The notes beneath the pieces are model-generated. The model worked only from the letters and a program-made list of their open reading frames with translations, ran no database searches and was not told the origin of the DNA. From Escherichia coli (GTDB lineage: Bacteria; Pseudomonadota; Gammaproteobacteria; Enterobacterales; Enterobacteriaceae), in the NCBI RefSeq assembly GCF_003991155.1, contig NZ_CP031293.1: a stretch of 64,000 nt of DNA; one strand, given 5' to 3'. A program made the position numbers and the translations under genes. Below, one piece after another: positions 55,924 to 64,000 of the stretch. Numbering within the stretch: position 1 is the stretch's first letter; each line of letters opens with the position of its first letter.

Positions 55924-56336
55924 CGAGGCCTCGAACCCCGTACCATACAACAATCCTGGTTGTCGTCTGCTCTTCCTGATGAGCTAATGGCGGTTTTTGA
56001 TATGAGCCTTACAGCATATTTTCTGTCAGGCTTGAGTGCGATACGTAAGATACAGAAAAGACCCCACACAAACATGATGGAATTATGATTTTTTTCATAT
56101 GAATGTCAACCCACACATTCACAAAACATCTGCATGAGATCATTTTTTTATACACCGTATAGCTGCGAAACCACTGCTGATGCTTTTTTAAGCGAAGCGT
56201 CGCCGATCACAACAAAATATCGGCGAAAAAGGCGGTGGAATGCCATTTGGCATACGGATATACAGATGAAATGATCACCTGCTTTGCGATTCACTCTCTG
56301 GTGGAATAACAACTCGCAGGTGGAACCCTTTCTGAA

Positions 56337-57152
56337 CTAAAGAGTGTAGCGGATTTTAACGTGCTTATTTACAGGATAATATCTGTCACCTAATTCCTGC
56401 ACTCTATTAGATATCCATTCATTTAATCGCGCATCATCTCTGTATGTTTTTACGTCCAGAACAGAGAGCAATAACCTCACCAGTGATTCAGGAAAAACAG
56501 GGTAGATATTTTTTAAGTGTAATAATAATCCATGCGCAAGCGCCTGCTTAATGGGCGCGTCGGTCTCCGGGATAGACGACATTTCGCGAAGCCATTTTTC
56601 CACATGCATACACTCTTTCCCTTTAGGGAAAAGTCTCAGCAAAGGCATATGGTGTTCAAGAAGAATACATTTGCAATCTGTTCGCACTGAATCGATAAAC
56701 TGCACTAATTTCTTAAGCCCGGTAAAGCGTCCAGCCTGCACATTTGCTTTAATATCAAGAAACGCATCATCCTGGTCATATACCCAAACTGTCCCTTTTT
56801 GATTTTCAAGTATGCGAAAAACAAACTTAACCGGGTGATCAGGGTAATCCATCCAGTCATAAAATCCAGGGAAATCATTAAACTGCACATTTATGGTGAG
56901 TGCGTTATCGTCTGACCACTCACAGTCTCGCACGGCTGCCATAAGATGAATGAGTTTGTCATCATCGACTAAATCATCACGACAATCATAAGGATAATCA
57001 TAATATTGTTTAATCAAAACCTTGAATATATCGACACAGGAAACCAGAGAGCTTTTGATATCCTCCGGTAACTGGTTGTTTTTAACCGTATTAAGTATGC
57101 TTTGTTGCGTATATGGCATCAAATTATTGTGTGGAGCTTTTAATGATATCAT
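56337..57152 (-). CDS. yahL: Uncharacterised acidic protein YahL (low-GC gene)
   Basis: 271 aa ORF with no recognisable motif; visibly AT-rich coding sequence. Confidence 0.7.
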   Translation of the reverse strand: MISLKAPHNNLMPYTQQSILNTVKNNQLPEDIKSSLVSCVDIFKVLIKQYYDYPYDCRDDLVDDDKLIHLMAAVRDCEWSDDNALTINVQFNDFPGFYDWMDYPDHPVKFVFRILENQKGTVWVYDQDDAFLDIKANVQAGRFTGLKKLVQFIDSVRTDCKCILLEHHMPLLRLFPKGKECMHVEKWLREMSSIPETDAPIKQALAHGLLLHLKNIYPVFPESLVRLLLSVLDVKTYRDDARLNEWISNRVQELGDRYYPVNKHVKIRYTL

Positions 57153-57394
57153 CGCGATCTCTCTTAAATAAAAATAAACGTCGCAGATAATAAAGCTCTG
57201 ATTAAACCAGGCACTATCAGAAATCGCTCATAACTAACGTGTGAAGTATTGTGTCCTGGAGGGAGTTAATTTAACAATTTGAATTTACGTTATAGGTTTT
57301 ACTGCTACTTTGATATTATTTCGCTCTCCTTAACTAAAAAGTTAAGTGGAGAGCGAAGTTAATATGTTAAACCACAGGATATTTATTAATTGTT

Positions 57395-58444
57395 TCAGTC
57401 TGTTAGTGTGCGATTATCGATAACAAAACGATATTTCACATCTCCTCGCAGCATTCGCTCATAGGCTTCATTAATTTGATCGGCCCGAATCATCTCTATA
57501 TCAGCCACGATGCCATGTTCGGCGCAAAAATCGAGCATCTCCTGAGTTTCTGGAATGCCGCCAATCATAGAACCGGCTATCGCACGGCGTTTCATGATCA
57601 GGTTGAAAACTTCCGGCGATTTATGCGGTGTCGCAGGCGCACCAACCAGCGTCATGGTGCCATCGCGCTTCAGCAAGGTGGTAAAATCGTCGAGATTATG
57701 TGGCGCAGCTACTGTATTCAAAATGAAATCGAAACTCTTCAGATGAGTCGCCATCTCATCGGCATTGCGTGAGTTAACAACTTCATCGGCCCCCAGGGCT
57801 TTTGCCGCTTCGCGTTTTGACTCAGACGTGGTAAACGCCACCACATGCGCCCCCATCGCGTGGGCCAGCTTGATCCCCATATGTCCCAGACCGCCGATGC
57901 CAACCACGCCCACTTTTTTACCCGGCCCGGCCTGCCAGTGACGTAGCGGCGAATACGTGGTGATCCCTGCACACAACAAAGGAGCCACCGCCGCCAGCTG
58001 CTCTTGCGGGTGACGAATACGCAAAACATATCGCTCATGAACGACGATCTGTTGTGAGTAGCCGCCCAGAGTATGGCCCGGTTCGTCCGGCGTCGGCGAG
58101 TTATAGGTGCCGGTCATGTGATCACAGTAGTTTTCCAGCCCGTCTTCACACTCTTCACAATGTTTACAACTGTCGACAATACAGCCGACACCGACCAGAT
58201 CGCCCGGCGCATGTTTTTCTACCTGATCACCAACGGCTACCACACGCCCCACAATTTCATGACCCGGCACGCAGGGGTAAACCGTCCCCGCCCACTCGGA
58301 ACGGACCTGGTGGATATCGGAATGGCAGACGCCACAGTAAGCGATTTCAATTTTGACATCATGCGGTCCCGGTTCACGCCGGGTAATATCCATCGGTTCC
58401 AGCGGTTGTTTAGCGGAATATGCACCAACAGCTCTGATCTTCAT
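57395..58444 (-). CDS. yahK: NADPH-dependent aldehyde reductase (Zn-dependent ADH family)
   Basis: 349 aa; CGVCHSDIH, GHEIVGRVVAVG; Rossmann GVVGIGGLGH. Confidence 0.9.
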   Translation of the reverse strand: MKIRAVGAYSAKQPLEPMDITRREPGPHDVKIEIAYCGVCHSDIHQVRSEWAGTVYPCVPGHEIVGRVVAVGDQVEKHAPGDLVGVGCIVDSCKHCEECEDGLENYCDHMTGTYNSPTPDEPGHTLGGYSQQIVVHERYVLRIRHPQEQLAAVAPLLCAGITTYSPLRHWQAGPGKKVGVVGIGGLGHMGIKLAHAMGAHVVAFTTSESKREAAKALGADEVVNSRNADEMATHLKSFDFILNTVAAPHNLDDFTTLLKRDGTMTLVGAPATPHKSPEVFNLIMKRRAIAGSMIGGIPETQEMLDFCAEHGIVADIEMIRADQINEAYERMLRGDVKYRFVIDNRTLTD

Positions 58445-58820
58445 TGTGTTTACTCCTGATTAGCTATGTGTATTTGGCGATGCCTGATATGTCATCGCGG
58501 CAAAACGCGTCCATTGAATATAGCCAATATTTAAACCACCCGATCCAGCCCCAACATGCCGCGAGCCTGAATGAAACAGAGCAGCAACGTTCCCCATAAG
58601 GCGAGCGCCTATAAGTGTGATATTTGCTATCCGTAAAAGACAAAAATCGGCAAAACTGATGATATTTTCACGTAGACAAATAGTTATCTACACAACGTCA
58701 ATAAGGGCATATTCTTCAAAGATAATGTCCATTTCTGCCGACACACTCATACTCAGGCCGCCCCACTCCCTGGGGCTTAAATCTCTTACTGTTCACCGTT
58801 GCAGATATATCAAGTTCGTA

Positions 58821-60203
58821 TCAACCTGCCACACTCCCCCACACCAGTTGCCCTTTATGGAACGTTGCGGTTCTCGGCGAGATACGCGCCACCGCCTCGG
58901 CGGAACAGGAGGCGTCCACCAGCACAAAGCTGGCGTCATCCTGCGCTTTGGGCCACACGCGCTCGCCTTTTTCGTTGAGCGGCAATACATCGCCAGTGGC
59001 TAAAAACAGCGAACGGGACAAATTCTGTTCGTTAGGACGAATATAGAGCTGCGCGTAGAGATTGGCTTTTTCCAGCATGTCGCCCAGGCCGTAGGGAGAC
59101 CAGTGGTCGATAACGCTGTCGGTGCCGGTCATGACTTGTACGCCTTTGTCGTGCAACTGTTTGAGCGGCATATGCAGCGTGCCAATCGGCACCGTCGAGG
59201 CGATAGAAATTTGCTGCGCCGCCATCCGGTGCGCCAGTTCATCTACCTGTTGCTCATTGAGCGTTGCCAACGCAAAGGCGTGACTGATGGTCAGCTTGCC
59301 CTTCAGCTGTGGCGTTTTCTCTACCGTTTCAACCATATAATTGATGGCTGCCACGCCCGACGGAGTGGTTTCGTGCAGGTGAATATCGACGCCTTTGTCG
59401 TAGTCCAGCGCAATCTGGAACATGGTGTCGAGGGATTTTTCCATCGCGCCATCGACACTGGTCGGGTCCAGTCCGCCGACGTAATGCGCACCCGCCTGCA
59501 TCGCTTCGCGCATTAAGGGTTCTGATTTCGACAGCAGCAAACCGTGCTGCGGGAAGGCGACAATTTCACACTCGAAGCCCGCCTGACGTCGCGCCAGAAC
59601 CGCCTGCAAATTTTGCAGATTTTTCAGGCCGGAAACCGGTTCGATATTGCAGTGGCTGCGGGCAATGGTGGTGCCTTTCGACTGCAATAAATCGATCAGT
59701 TTTTCCGCCCGCTCCTGCGTGTACGGTTGTAACTCCGGCAGCATTTTCTGCTCGAGTTTGATCATGTCCTGGATGGTGGTGCCTGCCGGGCGATTGAGCG
59801 AGCGCCACGGCCCGCCGTAGAAAGTTTTGTCGAGATGAATATGCATGTCGCGGGTGGTGGGCAGCATCAACTTACCGCCTGCGTCATAGTGCGGCAGCGT
59901 GGCCTCCGGATGCTGCTTGTTCTCGCGCAGGGCAACAATTTTGCCGTTCTGAATCTCTACGGTCTGGTGCGCCGTGCGGGTCTGCACCGCCACACCGTTT
60001 TCGTAGTCAAAACCGGTTTCCAGCAGCACGTTGTCGAGATAGTAGTGCGGGTCAGTGATTTTCATGGTGTTATTTGCCTCGCAGTGGGTTGTGCCAGAGA
60101 CTGCCGCATGGGCGAGCGGCACTGAGGTACCAAACAGCGCGGCGGCGGTAACCATCTTACCGCTCTGGCTCAGAAATTCACGGCGGCTATTGTTTTCTTT
60201 CAT
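58821..60203 (-). CDS. yahJ: Amidohydrolase/deaminase-family protein with twin-arginine (Tat) signal peptide
   Basis: 460 aa; N-terminus MKENNSRREFLSQSGKMVTAAALFGTSVPLAHAAVSG (SRREFL Tat motif); metal-dependent hydrolase motifs (HIHLD). Confidence 0.85.
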   Translation of the reverse strand: MKENNSRREFLSQSGKMVTAAALFGTSVPLAHAAVSGTTHCEANNTMKITDPHYYLDNVLLETGFDYENGVAVQTRTAHQTVEIQNGKIVALRENKQHPEATLPHYDAGGKLMLPTTRDMHIHLDKTFYGGPWRSLNRPAGTTIQDMIKLEQKMLPELQPYTQERAEKLIDLLQSKGTTIARSHCNIEPVSGLKNLQNLQAVLARRQAGFECEIVAFPQHGLLLSKSEPLMREAMQAGAHYVGGLDPTSVDGAMEKSLDTMFQIALDYDKGVDIHLHETTPSGVAAINYMVETVEKTPQLKGKLTISHAFALATLNEQQVDELAHRMAAQQISIASTVPIGTLHMPLKQLHDKGVQVMTGTDSVIDHWSPYGLGDMLEKANLYAQLYIRPNEQNLSRSLFLATGDVLPLNEKGERVWPKAQDDASFVLVDASCSAEAVARISPRTATFHKGQLVWGSVAG

Positions 60204-60212
60204 CTTACGTCC

Positions 60213-61163
60213 TTAGGTTTTAATAATATGGGTGCCCGTTTCGCCGCGTAGCGCCGCAGGCAGGCATTCCGGCGTGGTGATAATCACTTTTTTACCGCCC
60301 TGCTCCAGGAACGTCAGGCTGGCGATGATTTTTGGCAACATGCTGCCGGGTGGGAAATGCCCTTCCTGCATATAGCGGGTCATGGTGGCAATATCCACCC
60401 GATCCAGCACCTGCTGCTGCGGTTTGCCAAAGTGAATACACACTTTTTCGACGCCAGTGGTGATCACCAGAATGTCGGCGTGAATTTCACGGGCCAATAG
60501 CGCGGTAGAGAGATCTTTGTCGATAACCGCGTCCACGCTTTGATAATCTCCCGCTTCGGTGCGCACCACAGGAATTCCACCGCCGCCCGCGCCAATCACC
60601 ACAAAGCCTTGTTGGATCAGCGCCTTAATGGCAGGTGCTTCGACAATACGTTTCGGTTCCGGCGAGGCGACCACGCGGCGATAGCCCCGTCCGGCATCTT
60701 CAACAAAACGCCAGTCAGGGTTTGCCTTTTGTAGTTCGTCACGCTGGCTTTCACTAAAGAATGCGCCGATGGGCTTGGTGGGATGGGCAAACCCCGGATC
60801 GTTTTTATCCACTTCCACCTGAGTCACCACGGTGACGGCTTTTTTCTCGCCGTGACGCGCCAGCCGGTTATTCAGCGCCTGCTGGATCAGATAGCCAATG
60901 CCGCCTTGCGTATCCGCCACACAGTTCGCCAGCGGCGTTAAGGGCAGCCCTTCGCGCTCGTGGGCAATCTCCGCGCGGCGTAAATCCAAACCGACCTGCG
61001 GTCCGTTGCCGTGGGTCAGCACAATGTCGTAATCGGAAGCCAGCATTTCCAGCACCGTATCGGCGACGGCCTTCACCGCCTCCGCCTGATGCTCAATCGA
61101 CTGGCTGGCGTTATCTTTGATAATGCTGTTGCCACCAATGGCAACGACCACAAGTTCTTTCAT
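60213..61163 (-). CDS. yahI: Carbamate kinase-like protein
   Basis: ORF-track frame to 61280 would overlap yahG; ATG at 61163 gives 316 aa MKELVVVAIGGNSIIKDNASQ... Confidence 0.85.
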   Translation of the reverse strand: MKELVVVAIGGNSIIKDNASQSIEHQAEAVKAVADTVLEMLASDYDIVLTHGNGPQVGLDLRRAEIAHEREGLPLTPLANCVADTQGGIGYLIQQALNNRLARHGEKKAVTVVTQVEVDKNDPGFAHPTKPIGAFFSESQRDELQKANPDWRFVEDAGRGYRRVVASPEPKRIVEAPAIKALIQQGFVVIGAGGGGIPVVRTEAGDYQSVDAVIDKDLSTALLAREIHADILVITTGVEKVCIHFGKPQQQVLDRVDIATMTRYMQEGHFPPGSMLPKIIASLTFLEQGGKKVIITTPECLPAALRGETGTHIIKT

Positions 61164-61258
61164 GTTGTTATGTCCGCTACAGAGGGTGATGGGGTTATGA
61201 GAGTGAGGTTGCCCTTCTCCCCAAAAGGGAGAAGGTATCGTAAGGTGCGGTTGGAGGG

Positions 61259-62677
61259 TCAGACGCCGTAACGTTCGCACCAGCCAAGAATGGCTTTCTC
61301 GAAGCAGGCGAAGGGTGGATGCACAATGCCCGCGCCAATCATGCCGACGCCCGCATCTTTATGGGCAATGGCGGTGTTGATCACCGGCAGAATGCCGCTG
61401 CTACCCACGCGGGTGATGTCGATTGCCGACGGCACGCCCATAAAACCGAGCAGCGGAATGGTCACGTTGGGGTTTTCGCCGAGAGTGATTTCGCGCATCT
61501 GACGGGAGAAATCGATAGCCTCTTCCACCGTACCGCCCACCAGCGCGACGATTGCAGGCGCGGTCGCCATAGCAAATCCGCCAATGCCGTAGGTTTCGGT
61601 GATGGCGCTGTCGCCGATATCCAGCCCCGAATCTTCCGGCTTATAACCGGCAAACATCGGGCCGATCACCTGCTGCGCCGGACCGGTAAACCATTGCCCC
61701 GGTAATCCGCTGACCCGCAGACCGAACTCGACGCCGTTACGCGCCATGGTGGTCACCACAGTGCTGTATTCGATGCCGTGCGCCGCATCCATCGCCGCTT
61801 TACACATCGCCATCCACGTCGGGCCGGAGAAGTAGTCACTGCTGGCGACAAACTCAAACACTTCGCGCTGTTGCTCGACGGAGTAGCCCGCCTGAATAAT
61901 CCCCGGCGTCAGCGCCTGAATCAGCAGCGTCGTCCCGGCGTTATTGCGGTTATGGCACTCATCGCCCATATGCAGCGCCTGCGCCAGCATTAAGCGCAGA
62001 TCGATTTCGCCGATAATTTTCATCGCGTCGCGCAGCATGGGTCCCTGCACATCGCGCATCCAGTTGAGGCGGTCGATCACGCTCTGGTCATTAGCGCCCA
62101 TACGCAAAATCTTCGCCATCTGCTCGCTCATGTTGGTATAAGCGATGTTGCCGTAGGTTTTGTTTTTCACGATGTGCATAAACATCGAGGCCGAGGTGAC
62201 GCCCGCCATCGATCCCACACAGTCGTGCTCGTGGCACGGCGAGAAAGTGATCTCACCGGAAGCCGCCAGTTCAGCCGCCTCGTCGAGATCTTTCGCCAGC
62301 CCTTCGAACACCAGCGCCCCGGTGACCGCGCCTTTCATCGCGCCGCACATTTTTTCCCAGGTGACCGGCGGCCCGGCGTGAAGAATGGTTTTCGGCGTCA
62401 TGCCCGGCACCACGTTAATCGCCTGATCAAAACCAATCAGCACCGGATGTGACTGAATAATGCGTTCCAGCGCCTGCTGGTTAGCGGCGGCGATTTTGTC
62501 TGCCAGCGGCGAATCGGCAATGTTGTCCAGCGCCTGCACCACCTGCATATTGCCCTGCCCCGGCGGCGTCCAGTCGAGTTGAGTCACTTCTACATGCTGC
62601 TTTTTCAAATCATCGCTAAACATGGCGATGCCGACGTTAATAACGTTCAACGGTTGGCTAAACAGTGACGGGCTCAT
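61259..62677 (-). CDS. yahG: DUF1116-family protein YahG
   Basis: 472 aa; start ATG overlaps yahF stop (ATGA), implying translational coupling. Confidence 0.8.
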   Translation of the reverse strand: MSPSLFSQPLNVINVGIAMFSDDLKKQHVEVTQLDWTPPGQGNMQVVQALDNIADSPLADKIAAANQQALERIIQSHPVLIGFDQAINVVPGMTPKTILHAGPPVTWEKMCGAMKGAVTGALVFEGLAKDLDEAAELAASGEITFSPCHEHDCVGSMAGVTSASMFMHIVKNKTYGNIAYTNMSEQMAKILRMGANDQSVIDRLNWMRDVQGPMLRDAMKIIGEIDLRLMLAQALHMGDECHNRNNAGTTLLIQALTPGIIQAGYSVEQQREVFEFVASSDYFSGPTWMAMCKAAMDAAHGIEYSTVVTTMARNGVEFGLRVSGLPGQWFTGPAQQVIGPMFAGYKPEDSGLDIGDSAITETYGIGGFAMATAPAIVALVGGTVEEAIDFSRQMREITLGENPNVTIPLLGFMGVPSAIDITRVGSSGILPVINTAIAHKDAGVGMIGAGIVHPPFACFEKAILGWCERYGV

Positions 62678-64000
62678 CAGGCTTCCTCCCCTTTGCAGAT
62701 AAATTCACGCGCCAGCAATCCGGTATTGGTGCTGCTGCTCGCCAGAATCACTCCGGCATCAAGCAGCATCTGGCTTTGTTGTTCTAATGATGGCGTATCA
62801 AGATCGGTACCCAGCACATAGGCGAGAATGATCAACTCGCGTCCTTCGGCAGCGGCGATCGCTTTCGCCTCTTTGATCGCCTCGATGGTGGAACCGACCG
62901 GATCTTCATGCGATCCAAACCCGAGCACAAAATCCATCACGATCACCGCCACTTCTGGATCGCGCGCTTCTTCGATCAACCGGCTGATGCGGTTGGTCGG
63001 GTCAATCATTGGATGCGGCTTGCCGTTGGTAAAATCGTCATCGCCAAAGTCGAGGAAGGTATGTTTGACGCAGCGGTTGATATCTTTCAGGCGGAATTCA
63101 GGATCGGGCTGGATGTTGCTGTAGACATCGCCGTGTTTTTCCATCACCGCGAACATGGTTTCGTCACACAGCGTACCGCCGCAGAACAGGCCACGAATGT
63201 ATTTCTGTTGTGGCTTCAGGCGAGCGCGCACGTCAGCAATCAATGGCTGGTTCAGGGTATGCAGATCGAGATGTTCCTGTTTCACGCCGGAGAGCATTAC
63301 CGCTTTCAGCGCCGCTTCTTTGCTGCCGCGAGCAAACTGTAGCCCCTGCTCATCCACTGGCGTTTCGCCACGACCGAGGAAGCAGACCACCACCGGCTTG
63401 CGGCAGGCACGTGCGCGTTCCAGCACTTTGCGGGCCACCGCAGGCGCAGGCGGTTTGGAGATAAGCACAATGATTTCAGTTTGCGGATCGTTTTCCAGCA
63501 TCCCGATGGCATCGAGCATCATCAGACCGCCGATTTTCTCGCTCAGGTCGCGCCCGCCGGTGCCAATCAGTTGCGAAACGCCGCCGCAAAATTCATGGAT
63601 ACGGACGCTCAGTTCCTGGCTGCCGGTGCCAGATGCGCCAACAATGCCGATGTTGCCGCGACGCACGGCGTTACCAAAGCAGAGCGCCGCGCCGTTGATA
63701 ATCGCCGTACCGCAGTCTGGCCCCATCATCAGCAGCCCTTTTTCGTGGGCCAACTGTTTGAGCGCCAGTTCATCTTCAACTGAGACGTTATCGGAAAACA
63801 GCATCACGTTAAGATCGTTTTGCAGCGCCTGACGCGCTTCGCGAGCGGCAAACAGACCGTTGACCGAAATCACCGCCAGGTTACTTTCCGGGATATGCTT
63901 TTTGGCGCTGGCAATAGTGGCATAGCGTGCTTCATGTGAACCAGTTTGAGCTTTGGTGTTGAACAGTTCTTCAATCTCCACCAGCAACTGCTCGTTGTCT
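62677..64000 (-). CDS. yahF: FdrA-like (CoA-binding, succinyl-CoA-synthetase-like) protein, 3' part only (5' end beyond window end)
   Basis: Frame open to window end; track 'start' at 63987 is an in-frame TTG, not the true start. Confidence 0.8.
   Translation of the reverse strand, partial: DNEQLLVEIEELFNTKAQTGSHEARYATIASAKKHIPESNLAVISVNGLFAAREARQALQNDLNVMLFSDNVSVEDELALKQLAHEKGLLMMGPDCGTAIINGAALCFGNAVRRGNIGIVGASGTGSQELSVRIHEFCGGVSQLIGTGGRDLSEKIGGLMMLDAIGMLENDPQTEIIVLISKPPAPAVARKVLERARACRKPVVVCFLGRGETPVDEQGLQFARGSKEAALKAVMLSGVKQEHLDLHTLNQPLIADVRARLKPQQKYIRGLFCGGTLCDETMFAVMEKHGDVYSNIQPDPEFRLKDINRCVKHTFLDFGDDDFTNGKPHPMIDPTNRISRLIEEARDPEVAVIVMDFVLGFGSHEDPVGSTIEAIKEAKAIAAAEGRELIILAYVLGTDLDTPSLEQQSQMLLDAGVILASSSTNTGLLAREFICKGEEA

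Noticed and set aside
58617-59003. 128-aa plus-strand ORF
   Set aside because: Spans the yahK-yahJ intergenic region and runs antisense into the yahJ 3' end; no supporting signals.
63155-63832. 225-aa plus-strand ORF
   Set aside because: Antisense inside yahF; proline/serine/arginine-rich; artifact.

Overview
This 64 kb window is an Escherichia coli chromosomal segment, recognised from the translated ORFs. It runs in reverse-complement orientation relative to K-12 MG1655 numbering, from the 3' end of proC to the 3' part of yahF. All identifications are from reading the sequence and the ORF track against remembered E. coli proteins; no database search or computation was run. Gene order: proC', dgcC, psiF, phoA, iraP, ddlA, yaiZ, yaiY, yaiW, sbmA, ampH, iprA(yaiV), yaiT, hemB, tauDCBA, yaiS, yaiP, yaiX, yaiO, frmRAB, yaiL, mhpT, mhpEFDCBA, mhpR, lacI, lacZYA, cynXSTR, codAB, prpEDCB, prpR, yahO, yahN, yahM, yahL, yahK, yahJ, yahI, yahG, yahF'. 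I found no tRNA, rRNA, CRISPR array, insertion sequence, integrase or prophage module. Unlike MG1655, yaiT and yaiX are uninterrupted here (no IS3 or IS2), and the lac control region carries point differences from the K-12 sequence as I remember it, so this is probably a non-MG1655 strain. Every long ORF is accounted for by a known gene, so I see no inserted novel system. The most interesting under-characterised loci are the intact yaiS-yaiP-yaiX-yaiO cluster (candidate surface-glycan module), the yahF-yahG-yahI-yahJ cluster (candidate carbamate-kinase-linked catabolic operon) and the low-GC yahM/yahL islet. Motif coordinates may be off by a base or two.
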